NCBI GenBank assembly: GCA_014727975.1 | Contig: WJMK01000039.1 | Coordinates: 29,237 to 93,236, forward strand | Reading direction: 5' to 3' | DNA: 64,000 bases | Source of the DNA: Candidatus Micrarchaeota archaeon | GTDB taxonomy: Archaea > Micrarchaeota > Micrarchaeia > Anstonellales > Bilamarchaeaceae | In this document: positions 35,805 to 45,841 of the stretch, in pieces | Layout: every line of letters begins with the position of its first letter | Position numbering within the stretch: position 1 is the first letter of the stretch | Notes under the pieces: generated by a model | What the model was told of the DNA's origin: nothing | What the model saw: the letters and a program-made list of their open reading frames with translations, nothing else | The model's database searches: none | Translations under genes and position numbers: made by a program

Positions 35805-38564
35805 ATGGATTTGCGTGAAATGGAAAAAAAATGGCAGGAAACGTGGGAAGAACGGCATATTTATGAGCCAAAGGACTCGGGGGGAGAAAAAAGGTTTTAT
35901 ACTGCAGCATTCCCTTACCCCAATTCCCCGCAGCACATCGGGCACGGGAGAACATATACGCTTCTGGATATCCATGCCAGGTATGCAAGGCTTGCAGGAA
36001 AGAATGTGCTGCTGCCAATGGCATTCCATGTGACAGGAACGCCTATTCTCGCAATGGCCAAGAAAGTGAGGGAGAAAGACCCTGAGCTTCTCAGGATTTT
36101 CAGGGACATTTACGGGATTCCTGAGGGGGAGTTTGGGGAGCTAGGGGACCCGGAAAAGCTGGTCATGTATTTTTCGCGCGAGATTGAGGAGGGGATGAGG
36201 GAAATGGGCTATTCCATCGACTGGAGAAGGAAATTCTACACATTTGATGCACATTTCAACAAGTTTGTGCAGTGGCAGATGAAGAAGCTGCACCAGATGG
36301 GCTACATAAGCAAGGGCAGCCACAGGGTTGCATGGTGCCCCTCGGACAAGAACGTAGTGAGCTCACACGACACAAAGGGAGATGTGGACCCGGAAATTGA
36401 GGAAGTTACCGGAGTGAAGTTTAAGCTTGGAGAGGGAGAATTCCTTGCGGTCAGCACCTACAGGCCCGAAACGATTTATGGTGTTACGAATCTCTGGGTG
36501 AACCCGGAATCAACCCTGGTGAAGGCAGAAACAAATGAAGGGCTTGTCTATTTTGGAAAGGAGGCCTGGGAAGCTCTTTCACTGCAGCTGGAGGGGAAGG
36601 CCCTGGAGGAGATAAGCGGCAAAGAGCTTGTCGGGAAGGAAGTGGAAACTCCGCTTGGAAAAAAAGTTCCTGTGCTCCCTGCTTCATTCGTGGACCCTGG
36701 GGCAGGAACAGGGATCGTTATGAGCGTACCCGCGCATGCGCCCTATGATTATGCTGCTTTGAAAGATTTAGGGAAATTGGACCTGTTGCAGGACCAACAT
36801 TACGTGATTGGATATCAGGGGGGAGTGGTGCACAAAATGGAGGAGGAGTATAAGAGATATGGGATAGAGAACCAAAATGACCCAAAATTAGACGAAATGA
36901 CAAAGGCTGTCTATAAGAAAGAAGCCCACAAAGGAAAAATGACAATCAAATCGGGAGAATTCAGGAAAGATCTTGGCATAGAAGGGATATATGGGATGCC
37001 GGTGATGGTTGCAAAAGAAAAGGTTGCGGAAAAGCTGGTTTCTGAAGGGAATGCTTTTCGGTTTTATTTGATTGCAAATGGGCCTGTGCACTGCAGGTGC
37101 GGGGCAAAAATTACAGTAAATATGGTGCGGGACCAGTGGTTCATAGATTACGGCAACACGGAATGGAAAGAAAAGGGGAAAGAATGCCTTGCGGAAATGA
37201 AGCTAATTCCGGAGAATACGCGCAAGGATTACCTTGCAACAATAGACTGGCTCAAGCAGAAGGCATGCACCCGCTCCACAGGCCTGGGAACTCCCTTCCC
37301 ATTTGATGAAAGCAAGATTGTGGAGCCGCTTTCTGATTCCACAATATATATGGCGTTCTACACGATTGCGCATGGGCTGGAGGGAATGGGCCCTGAAGAG
37401 CTTACTGAGGAATTTTTTGATTATGTGTTTTTGGGCAGGGGGGATGCGGGAATGCACCCCAAAGCAAAAGAGCTGCGTGCAAAGTTTGAATACTGGTATC
37501 CTGTGGACGCAAGGCATTCGGGCGCGGACCTTGTGCGCAACCACCTTCCTTTTTTTGTGCTAAACCATGCAGCAATTTTCCCGGAACAGGATTGGCCAAG
37601 GGGAATAATAGTCAATGGGTTTGTGCTAATGGAAGGCAAAAAGATGAGCAAATCCCTTGGGAATATCCTCCCCCTGCGGAAAGCAATACGGGAATACGGG
37701 GCAGACGTGATTCGCTTTTCTGTGGTTGCCGGGGCAGACCTTGTACAGGACACAAACTTTGAAACAGGTGTTGCGCAAGGGGTAAAAGAAAGGGTTGAGC
37801 ACCTGCTTTCCTTGCTGGGGAGCTCGCGTGGAAACGATGAGACACGGGCCGGGAAATGGCTGCTTTCCAGGCTCAACCGCAAGCTCAGGGAAGCGCCAAT
37901 GCTTTATTCAAATATGCAGGCAAGGGAGCTGGGGCAGATGCTTTTTTACGAGAGCCTGCAGGAGCTGCAGTGGTACCTAAAGCGGGCGGAGAAGCCCGGG
38001 CTCGATAGATTCTTTGAGAAATGGTGCATTGCATTCTCACCATTTATGCCCCACCTTGCAGAAGAGATTTGGGTTTCTCTGGGGAAAGAGGGGCTTGCGG
38101 TTGAGCAGGAATTCCCTGAAGCGGATGAATCTCTGGTGGATGATGGGTTAGAAATTGGGGAGAAATTGCTTTCCGGGATTGTTTATGACGTAGAAAAAAT
38201 TTCTGAAAGGATGGGGAAAAAGCCTTCAATGATTTATGTGTACGTGGCTTCTGGCTGGAAACGCGGGATTTATGATGAGATGAAGGACAAAAAAGACCTT
38301 AGGGCAGGGATTGAGTGGGCGAAAGCGAATGGGGCAGAGATGGGAAGTGCTTCGGGCTTTGCTAAATCCCTGATGAAAAAAGTGCATTCACTGCCTCCTG
38401 TGCTGGGAGAGGAGGATGAGCTGGAGGCCTTGCAGGATGCTGCGGAGTTCCTTGCTAAGGAAACAGGTGCAGAAGTGCTTGTGCGGAAGGAGGATGACGC
38501 TTCTGGGGGGCATGAAAAGGCATCTGCGGCTGCTCCGGGCAAGCCCGCACTCATCCTTGAGTGA
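35805..38564 (+). CDS. leuS: leucyl-tRNA synthetase
   Basis: HIGHGRTY and KMSKS class I motifs; 919 aa, archaeal-type editing domain. Confidence 0.95.
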   Translation: MDLREMEKKWQETWEERHIYEPKDSGGEKRFYTAAFPYPNSPQHIGHGRTYTLLDIHARYARLAGKNVLLPMAFHVTGTPILAMAKKVREKDPELLRIFRDIYGIPEGEFGELGDPEKLVMYFSREIEEGMREMGYSIDWRRKFYTFDAHFNKFVQWQMKKLHQMGYISKGSHRVAWCPSDKNVVSSHDTKGDVDPEIEEVTGVKFKLGEGEFLAVSTYRPETIYGVTNLWVNPESTLVKAETNEGLVYFGKEAWEALSLQLEGKALEEISGKELVGKEVETPLGKKVPVLPASFVDPGAGTGIVMSVPAHAPYDYAALKDLGKLDLLQDQHYVIGYQGGVVHKMEEEYKRYGIENQNDPKLDEMTKAVYKKEAHKGKMTIKSGEFRKDLGIEGIYGMPVMVAKEKVAEKLVSEGNAFRFYLIANGPVHCRCGAKITVNMVRDQWFIDYGNTEWKEKGKECLAEMKLIPENTRKDYLATIDWLKQKACTRSTGLGTPFPFDESKIVEPLSDSTIYMAFYTIAHGLEGMGPEELTEEFFDYVFLGRGDAGMHPKAKELRAKFEYWYPVDARHSGADLVRNHLPFFVLNHAAIFPEQDWPRGIIVNGFVLMEGKKMSKSLGNILPLRKAIREYGADVIRFSVVAGADLVQDTNFETGVAQGVKERVEHLLSLLGSSRGNDETRAGKWLLSRLNRKLREAPMLYSNMQARELGQMLFYESLQELQWYLKRAEKPGLDRFFEKWCIAFSPFMPHLAEEIWVSLGKEGLAVEQEFPEADESLVDDGLEIGEKLLSGIVYDVEKISERMGKKPSMIYVYVASGWKRGIYDEMKDKKDLRAGIEWAKANGAEMGSASGFAKSLMKKVHSLPPVLGEEDELEALQDAAEFLAKETGAEVLVRKEDDASGGHEKASAAAPGKPALILE

Positions 38565-38606
38565 GATTTATGCCTGGATTGGAGGGAATTTTGAAAGTGC
38601 TGGGCT

Positions 38607-39017
38607 TCAGGCTAATCTGATTCTTCTTCCCTTGGGGAGCATATTTTCTATTTTTTTATCCCGGTAGAAACCTATTCCCAGGCTTGCGCCATTGTGCGTG
38701 AGGATTACGTATCCTGTTTCTGCAGGAATGGTGGCCTCCGTATCTTTCCCCTGAAGATAATCCAGTGCAGATTCACGGCTTAACTCTATTGTGTTCCTGG
38801 TTGCAAGATGGCCAAAAAGCTGGATAAAATTAGTGGAGGGCTTTGGGAATTTGCCTTTCATTTTTGATGCAGGAAAACCCTTGGGCGTAGTTGTTTTGAA
38901 CTTCTTTAATTCTGTGTTCATTACGCGGAGTGATTTCTCCCCTTCAAATCCCACTCCTTCGGGAAGCCTGATTCCAAAACGCTCATAGAGGTAATCCCTG
39001 AATCTTTGCTCCTGCAT
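38607..39017 (-). CDS. PUA-domain RNA-binding protein (Nip7-like)
   Basis: C-terminal GYVILTHNGASLGIGFY...GRRIR resembles the Nip7/PUA glycine-rich strand. Confidence 0.4.
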   Translation of the reverse strand: MQEQRFRDYLYERFGIRLPEGVGFEGEKSLRVMNTELKKFKTTTPKGFPASKMKGKFPKPSTNFIQLFGHLATRNTIELSRESALDYLQGKDTEATIPAETGYVILTHNGASLGIGFYRDKKIENMLPKGRRIRLA

Positions 39018-39070
39018 TGTAAGGGTGTTGGTGCAGAAAAAGTAAAAAGGGGCGCAGGAGAGGGATAGGT

Positions 39071-39793
39071 ATGGCAGAAATAAAGGAGATGCTTGGGGGA
39101 ATTGTAGTGTTTGTCCTTTTTTTGGCTATTGTATGGGCTATCTGGAGTGGTAGCTCTGAAGAGGAGGTTGTTGGAGTGGAATGCAGTTCAAACCCGGCAC
39201 AGTCAGAGATAAACCTGCCTGAGCCGGATTATTCTGGAATAAATGTGGAAGAAGCGATTAAGGGAAGAAGGTCTGTGCGGGAGTATACCAGGGAAAACAT
39301 TACCGTGGAAGAGCTCTCAATGCTGCTATGGGCAGGTCAGGGGATTACAAGCGAATGGGGAGGGCGTGCTGCGCCCTCTGCAGGTGCGCTTTACCCTATC
39401 GAGCTCTATGTTATGCCGAATAAAGTGGCGGGGGGCAGTTGCGGCATATACAGATATATCCCCGATGGGCATAAGCTTGTGCTGGTAAGGGAGGGAGACT
39501 TCAGGGAGGAGGTGGCTGCGGCTGCACTCGGCCAGGAATGGATAAAGGATGCTGCAGTTGTAATCATTATGACTTCGGTAAGGGAGCGCACTGCTGGAAA
39601 ATATGGGGATGCTGCAGATAGGTATATTGCGATGGAGGCAGGGCACATAAGCGAGAACATACTGCTTGAGGCTGTTTCGCTTGGGCTTGGGGCAGTTCCT
39701 GTTGGGGCCATTGATGGGGAAGCAATGGATGAATTGCTCGGGGCAGAAGAAGGGGAAACTGCAATCTACATAAATGCAATTGGAAGGGTCTAG
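39071..39793 (+). CDS. membrane-anchored nitroreductase-family (SagB-type) oxidoreductase
   Basis: N-terminal TM, then RRSVREY...ELYV...nitroreductase-fold motifs. Confidence 0.65.
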   Translation: MAEIKEMLGGIVVFVLFLAIVWAIWSGSSEEEVVGVECSSNPAQSEINLPEPDYSGINVEEAIKGRRSVREYTRENITVEELSMLLWAGQGITSEWGGRAAPSAGALYPIELYVMPNKVAGGSCGIYRYIPDGHKLVLVREGDFREEVAAAALGQEWIKDAAVVIIMTSVRERTAGKYGDAADRYIAMEAGHISENILLEAVSLGLGAVPVGAIDGEAMDELLGAEEGETAIYINAIGRV

Positions 39794-40659
39794 GGTTTCC
39801 TGATTTTTGCAAGGAAGAAGCCCTCGCTGTTGAATTTGTGGGGGTAAACCCTTCTTGCTTTTTTGAATTCTTTTCCGAACTCCTGGATTCCTGGCTCGGA
39901 GTTGGGGATTTCAACTGCTTCCAGTTTTGCGTTTGGGTTCTTTTCTAGGAGCCTGGAAACAGGGCGCTCATTTTCATCCGGGGGATATGTGCAGGTAGAG
40001 TAAACTAATGTTCCTCCTGGCTCCAGGTGGGAAAATGCTGTGCGCAGGATTGCGGTCTGCAGCGCGGAGATGTTTCTTGAGTATTTTTCCTCCCACCATC
40101 CATAGGCTTTTTCGCTGCTTCCGAGCCCGGAACATGGGGCATCCACAAGGATTTTTTGGAATTTGTGCGGGGAAGTGAAGCGGGCGCCATCCTGATTCAT
40201 TGTGGATGTGTTGATTACGCCAAGGCGCTCTATGTTGTTTGCAAGTGCGCTTATCCTTCCCTTGTTTTTGTCGTTGGCAAGGATTATGCCTTTGTTTTGC
40301 ATGAGGGCTGCGCACTGTGTGGTTTTGGAGCCTGGGGCCGCGCAGATGTCCAGCACATTCTCCCCTGGTTTTGGGTTGAGGAGGTGGGGCGGAAGCATTG
40401 AGGAAAGGGACTGGGTGTGCATCCAGCCTGTTGCGTAATCTATTGTGTTCCCTAAGCCGTTTGGGGGGAGTTCTTTTACTTGGAATGCATAGGAAAGGAA
40501 AGTTTTTTCGAGCTTAAGGTTTGTCCAGTTTAGGTATTCTTCAGCAGTGGTTTTGAGAGAATTTACTCTCAGGTAATAGGGAAGGGATTGTTGGGAACTG
40601 GTGCAGGCTTCCGCATCCGTGTATTGGTTCAGCCAGTCCAGGTATTCGGGCTTTTCCAT
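39790..40659 (-). CDS. NOL1/NOP2/Sun-family RNA cytosine-C5 methyltransferase
   Basis: DICAAPGSKT (SAM motif I), DAPCSG (motif IV Cys) and a second catalytic Cys in TCT. Confidence 0.85.
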   Translation of the reverse strand: MEKPEYLDWLNQYTDAEACTSSQQSLPYYLRVNSLKTTAEEYLNWTNLKLEKTFLSYAFQVKELPPNGLGNTIDYATGWMHTQSLSSMLPPHLLNPKPGENVLDICAAPGSKTTQCAALMQNKGIILANDKNKGRISALANNIERLGVINTSTMNQDGARFTSPHKFQKILVDAPCSGLGSSEKAYGWWEEKYSRNISALQTAILRTAFSHLEPGGTLVYSTCTYPPDENERPVSRLLEKNPNAKLEAVEIPNSEPGIQEFGKEFKKARRVYPHKFNSEGFFLAKIRKP

Positions 40660-40714
40660 TGGATTTCATTTGGGCGGATATGATTTAAAGAGTGGAGGGA
40701 CAAAAAATTGAACA

Positions 40715-41755
40715 ATGAAGATTAAGGGGAAGGCTGTACGCGCAAAGAAAAGTAAGGGGCAGAGAGTGAAGAATGAGCTTAAGGCGCTTGGGCTAATTGA
40801 TGAGGGGCGCATGGTTGGAAGTGATGAGGATTATGTTTATGTTCCGGTTTTGGAGAGGGTTCCGGATAAATACGAAGTGGTGGAGAAAGAGCTTGAAACA
40901 AGGGAAAAAAGGAAGGGGTTCAGGGAACTCCTCGTAGAGCGTTTCGGAGAGAAGGGAGCCAAGGGGGTTTTGTCCTCATATGATGTGGTTGGGGATATCG
41001 CGATTGTGCAGGTTCCGGAGGGGCTTCGGGCGCATGAGGCAGAAGTTGGGGAACTGTTGTTGCGCGGAGAAAAAAAAGTAAATGCAGTATGGAAAAAGGC
41101 AGGGGGAAGGGAAGGGGAATTCCGGGTTACTAAGCTTATGCACCTTGCAGGGGAGGAAAGGAGCGAAACCGAGTATGTGGAGAATGGAGTGCGGATGAAG
41201 CTGGATGTAAGGAAAGTTTATTTTTCCCCTAGGCTTAGCCATGAGAGAAAGCGCGTCCTTGGTGAGGTGAAGGAAGGGGAAAACGTGCTTGTGCTTTTTG
41301 CGGGGGTGGGCCCGTTTGCGCTGGAAATAGGAAAGGCCTGTCCTCATGCAAAGGTGGTTGGGGTAGAGCTGAATCCTGAAGCGATAAAATATTTTGAAGA
41401 GAACATTGTGCTGAATAAACTGGGGAATGTAGAGGCGGTTCTGGGGGATGCGCAGAAGGCTGCGGAGGGGGAGTTTTCAGGATGGGCAGACCGGATTGCA
41501 ATGCCGCTTCCGATGGGGGCAGAAGAGTTCCTTGGGGCTGCATTTTCTGCTGCAAAGCCAGGATGCATTGTGCATTTCTACAGGATGGTGGACAGGAAGG
41601 GAGGAGTAGAAGTGCTAAAGGAAAGGATTAGAAAAGCGGCGGAGAAAGCAGGAAGGGAAGTGGAGTTTATTTTTGAGAAGGAAGTAAGGCCTTATTCTGC
41701 GGCAACCATGCAAATTGTAATTGATTTCAGAACCAGGCAATCAGACAACCCCTAG
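40715..41755 (+). CDS. tRNA (guanine37-N1)-methyltransferase Trm5 / Taw2 family (Met-10+ like)
   Basis: VLVLFAGVGPFALEIG...VVGVELNPEA matches the archaeal Trm5b/Taw2 SAM-binding core. Confidence 0.8.
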   Translation: MKIKGKAVRAKKSKGQRVKNELKALGLIDEGRMVGSDEDYVYVPVLERVPDKYEVVEKELETREKRKGFRELLVERFGEKGAKGVLSSYDVVGDIAIVQVPEGLRAHEAEVGELLLRGEKKVNAVWKKAGGREGEFRVTKLMHLAGEERSETEYVENGVRMKLDVRKVYFSPRLSHERKRVLGEVKEGENVLVLFAGVGPFALEIGKACPHAKVVGVELNPEAIKYFEENIVLNKLGNVEAVLGDAQKAAEGEFSGWADRIAMPLPMGAEEFLGAAFSAAKPGCIVHFYRMVDRKGGVEVLKERIRKAAEKAGREVEFIFEKEVRPYSAATMQIVIDFRTRQSDNP

Positions 41756-42568
41756 GAGCAGTGCTGCAATCGTGAACATGAATATCCCTGCAGTTATTGG
41801 GGGGAGCGCGGGAAGGACTGTATGGTGCTTCCAGGCAATGAAAAGGACGAACAGGGTGCCAAGAGTGGCGCCTGCAAGCGCAAAAAGAGAGAGAAGGGGG
41901 CTGATAGTGTAGGCAGCAACTTCAACCATTATGGGAAGGGAAAGGTCACCTGTGCCTAAATCCAGGCGGGATTTCTTCCCCTTTGGTAGTGTTTTTTCAG
42001 CGGAGATGGTAAATGCCATGTCCCTCTGGACTATCTCGTTTGCCATTGTAACCATGTGCTTGGTTTTGAACACTGAGATATAGTCATAAATTGCCAGGAA
42101 GAAAAGGAAAACAAGCGAGGTTGTAAAACCAAAGGTAAAGCCAAAAACTGCTCCGGCACCTGCACTGGATATGATGGCTGCGATATTTTTGAGGCGGTGG
42201 TGGAAGAGCTGCTTGAGGACAGAAAAAATCATTGCGATCAGTATGGCAACTACCATGGACTCAAGAGTGGCATGGAACAGGGGCTTAATCAGGGAATAGA
42301 AAAAAACTGAAGAGGTTGCTGAAATTACTGCAAGCTCAAGAAGGGTGAATAAAAGGGAGATATGGAGCCGGTGCAGGATTATGAATAAAAGAGCGCCGAA
42401 AAGGACTGCAAAAATGAAATATAGCAGGGAGGGGGCTCCGGTTTCCACTGTCATTAGGCTGCTTATATATTCATTTGAGCGTGCGTCTTCAATAATATAT
42501 GATCCGGCATACATTCCCATAAATTGGGTTGCCAGGAACATTATGAGCAGAGTAAAGTAAAGGCGCAT
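41741..42568 (-). CDS. presenilin/signal-peptide-peptidase-like intramembrane aspartyl protease (A22 family)
   Basis: YD motif (LAIYDYISV), GxGD motif (LGTGDLSLP) and a PAL-like LPALPP motif in successive TM segments. Confidence 0.65.
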   Translation of the reverse strand: MRLYFTLLIMFLATQFMGMYAGSYIIEDARSNEYISSLMTVETGAPSLLYFIFAVLFGALLFIILHRLHISLLFTLLELAVISATSSVFFYSLIKPLFHATLESMVVAILIAMIFSVLKQLFHHRLKNIAAIISSAGAGAVFGFTFGFTTSLVFLFFLAIYDYISVFKTKHMVTMANEIVQRDMAFTISAEKTLPKGKKSRLDLGTGDLSLPIMVEVAAYTISPLLSLFALAGATLGTLFVLFIAWKHHTVLPALPPITAGIFMFTIAALLLGVV

Positions 42569-42601
42569 CAGGAGAGATATGGAAAGGAGAAAATAAAAAG
42601 G

Positions 42602-44653
42602 CTACTTGTTTCCCACAAGGGCAATCCATCCCGGCTCCTTTTCATAGACTTCCCCCTTGCGCATCAGCTCAGTAAGGACGCGCTTTGCGGTTGCAGCATC
42701 AAGGCCTGCTGATTCTGCCTCATCAAGGACTTCCTGCCTGGGAACGGCTTCCTGCTCGCGGGTTTTTTCCCTGAGTATGTCCAGGAGCGTTTCTATTTTT
42801 TCTACCTGGGAGCGTGCCTTTCCGGTAGTTATTATGTCGACATCGAATCTTCCTGTTTCCTGGTCCGTGAGCACTTTCTTGAGAACATAGTCCAGCAGCC
42901 CCACAGAGACTTCAGCATCAACAAGCTCAACTGTTTCGGAAAGTCGCATTTTTGCGTGTGCCTCTGAAAGGCGCACAAGGCCTTCCAGGTAACGGGGAGT
43001 TATGGGCACTGAGCCGCTGGATTTCCCGCGCCTCCTCAAGTCAAGATAGAATTCCTTTATGCGGTCTTTTGCAGAATCGGTCAGTACAGGGCGGACATAC
43101 CTGCGCGCATATGCAATATACTTTCTCAGGATATCTCTGTCCATTACCTTTTCATCTTCACCGATAATCATTCCTTTTGCGGCACCTATGTGGGAAGAAA
43201 GGATATGCTCCGCAAGGCTGAGGTCCTTTTCCTCATCAAGCACATCCAGGATAGGAAATAGCAGGTCAAAACGTGAAAGGAGCGAGGGAGGGACATCGAA
43301 CTGGTCTGCGAGGTTTTTGGTCTGGTTAAATCTTCCGTGCTTTGGGTTGGCTGCTGCAACTATTGCAGTTTTTGCTCGGAATTTTGCAACAATGCCTGCC
43401 TTCGCTATTGAAACCGTTTGTGATTCCATCACTTCATGGAGGGAGGCACGGTCTTCATCATCAATCTTGTCAAATTCATCTATTGCGCCTACTCCTCCGG
43501 ATGCGAGAACAAGGGCTCCGGCCTTGAGGGTCCATCCGCCATCTCCAAGCTCGTCCTTCTCTGCAGAAGCAGTAAGGCCGACACCTGAAACGCTTTTCCC
43601 GCTTACATACATGGACTTGGGGGCTAATGCTGCTGCAGAGTTCAAAAATCTCGTCTTGGCTATTCCAGGGTCTCCGATAAGCAGGATATGGATGTCGTCC
43701 CTTACTGCAGCATCCCCACGCATCATTTTTCCTTTTGTGCCCCCAAAAAGCTGGAGGGCGAGTGCTTTCTTTACTTCTTTATAGCCGTAAATTGCGGGTG
43801 CGATTGAGGCAAAAATGCGCTCGGTTATGTCTTTTTGCCTGGACATCTCCTTTATGCGCTGGACGTCTTCTTTTGTGAGGGTTATTTCCTCGAAATCGCG
43901 CTTGAGGCTCTCCACATGGAGGACCTCCACATAGCGGTTGAAAACGAGCTCTGTTTTCTGTCTTGTATTCTGGGAAGGCTTAATTCGCATTATACCTGTA
44001 ACCTGGATATTCTCCCCGGGTGTGATATGGTTTACAAGGTCGTCTTCTATCCAGAGTTCCATTTTTGCTGCAGGGGCGCCCCCGGAGACCTTTTCAAGAA
44101 GGTCCTGCACCTCTGCTTTCTGCATGTCCGTAAATTCGGATTTTTCCTCATTTGGAACAAGGGCAAGCTTCTTGCAGGCGGTGCACATCCTTGGGGGCTT
44201 GAAATTCCGAGTTACCAGGACATTGTACTGCTCTCCGCAGGCCTGGCAGGTGTAATGTGCTTTTTTCACTTTGTGCATTACATCCGTGCGCTTTGTTACT
44301 ATCCCTTTGAAGCAAACAAGCTCGTTCAGCCTTTTTGAGCTCAGCTTCTCAATCATTACCTCTGCATTGGGGGCGTTGTAGAAGCGCACATGGGGGCGGA
44401 AGTCCCCAACTCCCGGTGGAAGGCTGAGCTTCATCTGCTGAATTGCTTCTTCCGCTGCCTCTGTTACCACTTCAGGCTCGGAAAGAAGCTGGTCAGCAAC
44501 AGTTGTGTCGAACTTGTCCAGGTCCTGGAAATCCACATTTATGCTGCGGACCGTGGGGTAAGAAGCGAGCACAATATTTATTTTGTCTTTATAGATGCTG
44601 GTGAAGAAGTCTTCGAACACAGACACTAGAGAAGTAAGATCCTGCTCACCCAT
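42602..44653 (-). CDS. mcm: MCM replicative helicase
   Basis: Zinc finger CQACG...CTAC; Walker A IHILLIGDPGIAKT; Walker B/arginine finger region; 683 aa. Confidence 0.95.
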   Translation of the reverse strand: MGEQDLTSLVSVFEDFFTSIYKDKINIVLASYPTVRSINVDFQDLDKFDTTVADQLLSEPEVVTEAAEEAIQQMKLSLPPGVGDFRPHVRFYNAPNAEVMIEKLSSKRLNELVCFKGIVTKRTDVMHKVKKAHYTCQACGEQYNVLVTRNFKPPRMCTACKKLALVPNEEKSEFTDMQKAEVQDLLEKVSGGAPAAKMELWIEDDLVNHITPGENIQVTGIMRIKPSQNTRQKTELVFNRYVEVLHVESLKRDFEEITLTKEDVQRIKEMSRQKDITERIFASIAPAIYGYKEVKKALALQLFGGTKGKMMRGDAAVRDDIHILLIGDPGIAKTRFLNSAAALAPKSMYVSGKSVSGVGLTASAEKDELGDGGWTLKAGALVLASGGVGAIDEFDKIDDEDRASLHEVMESQTVSIAKAGIVAKFRAKTAIVAAANPKHGRFNQTKNLADQFDVPPSLLSRFDLLFPILDVLDEEKDLSLAEHILSSHIGAAKGMIIGEDEKVMDRDILRKYIAYARRYVRPVLTDSAKDRIKEFYLDLRRRGKSSGSVPITPRYLEGLVRLSEAHAKMRLSETVELVDAEVSVGLLDYVLKKVLTDQETGRFDVDIITTGKARSQVEKIETLLDILREKTREQEAVPRQEVLDEAESAGLDAATAKRVLTELMRKGEVYEKEPGWIALVGNK

Positions 44654-44695
44654 AGGATTTGATATATGTATGCGGAGGGATTAATAAAGGTTTTT

Positions 44696-44815
44696 GGAGT
44701 GGCTTTCCGGTGGGCAGGCGCCTGAAGGGCGGCAATTTCTGCTCACCAGGGAGACGGCAGGTTTCCGGTGATGGGGGTGTGTGGGGTTGCACCGGAAGCC
44801 TCGCATAGGCAGGTT
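44696..44815. ncRNA. candidate structured small RNA (unclassified)
   Basis: A GC-rich island in an AT-rich intergenic region; ggctttccggtg (44701-12) is complementary to caccggaagcc (44790-800), and tttccggtg recurs directly at 44762-70. Confidence 0.2.
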
Positions 44816-44883
44816 TAATAATAGATATTGTCTTAAATTAGCCAGCCGGGTGCAATCCCGGACTAAAAAATAGGTGAATAAAT

Positions 44884-45033
44884 ATGGATGAAGAAGGCGG
44901 AAGGCCTGAAAGGGAAATGCACGAAGCAGTGTGCTCCAAGTGTGGGAAGCCCTGCAAGGTGCCGTTCAAGCCTACCGAAGGCAGGCCCGTGTACTGCAGG
45001 GACTGCTACAGGCCAAGGAGACCTAGGTTCTAG
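44884..45033 (+). CDS. small zinc-ribbon protein (CxxC...CxxC), 49 aa
   Basis: MDEEGGRPEREMHEAVCSKCGKPCKVPFKPTEGRPVYCRDCYRPRRPRF; below the ORF-track size cutoff; followed by an oligo-T tract. Confidence 0.5.
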   Translation: MDEEGGRPEREMHEAVCSKCGKPCKVPFKPTEGRPVYCRDCYRPRRPRF

Positions 45034-45074
45034 AGAGAATTCTAATTAGTTAGAGTGTTTCTGGATTTAGATTC

Positions 45075-45110
45075 TTGCTTTATTTTCTTTTGATTTTTTT
45101 GTTGTTTTTT
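45075..45110 (+). terminator. oligo-T archaeal terminator-like tract
   Basis: ttttcttttgatttttttgttgttttttcg lies directly downstream of the zinc-ribbon ORF. Confidence 0.3.
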
Positions 45111-45168
45111 CGGGTTAAGTTTGGGAAATTGATTAATTTTAAAAGGATTAAGCGGCAAAAACAATGCA

Positions 45169-45819
45169 ATGGCACTGCAAACAAGGGAAGCACGGCTTGG
45201 CAGGACAAAAAAATTTGGCATGCTCGTCAACCGTGCGGCCACAAAAATTTTCAGGAACAGGAGGCCGCTTGGCGTCTTTGCAACAGGGGCCGCTACTGCC
45301 GTAGGTTATCTTGCCACAGGCACTGCAAGGCCTGAGCTTGCATTGCTTTTCAATACATGCTGCTCAATGGACAATGCAAGGACTTCAATGGAAATCTCAG
45401 ATGGGCTCAGAAAGCATGGGCACAGGCGCTCTGCACAGACAGTTTCCTATGCAGGGAGCATAGACCTTGCAAACATGGTGCTTTCATTTATCCCTTTTGT
45501 ATCCTGGCTGCATAATTCCCCAAACTACACTAAAAACGCGTTTGTATATATGGGCGTGCTTGCTGTTACCGGCCTTGCAGCACAAAAAATCGAGAAGAGG
45601 GCAAGGTTCGTGCTTCTTAAGGAAAAATTCGGCAGCCCGTTTCATAATATGGGCATGGGGGAATGCATAGAGTATCTTTTGGGCCTTGAAAAAATGGAGA
45701 AATCCTGGTGGAGGAGGCCATACTGGATGTTTAGGCCGGAAAAGCTAGAGGCCATTATAAGCGAAAAGGAAAAAATACAGGGGTATGTGAAGGACAGGAT
45801 GCGGAGCAAAAGCCTTTAA
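45169..45819 (+). CDS. hypothetical protein
   Basis: 216-aa ORF; one hydrophobic segment; no recognisable motif. Confidence 0.3.
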   Translation: MALQTREARLGRTKKFGMLVNRAATKIFRNRRPLGVFATGAATAVGYLATGTARPELALLFNTCCSMDNARTSMEISDGLRKHGHRRSAQTVSYAGSIDLANMVLSFIPFVSWLHNSPNYTKNAFVYMGVLAVTGLAAQKIEKRARFVLLKEKFGSPFHNMGMGECIEYLLGLEKMEKSWWRRPYWMFRPEKLEAIISEKEKIQGYVKDRMRSKSL

Positions 45820-45841
45820 TCCTTATTTTAGAGGTATTGGC

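Noticed and set aside
38644-38662. T-tract ttttctatttttttatcc resembling a terminator after leuS
   Set aside because: It lies inside the 3' end of the convergent Nip7-like CDS, so it may act as a terminator for leuS, but it cannot be separated from the coding sequence and was not called as a feature.
44855-44880. tRNA T-arm-like hairpin ccgggtgcaatcccgg
   Set aside because: There is no matching acceptor stem, D-arm or anticodon arm, no 3' CCA context, and the loop is non-canonical. Treated as a simple hairpin or possible promoter-region element.
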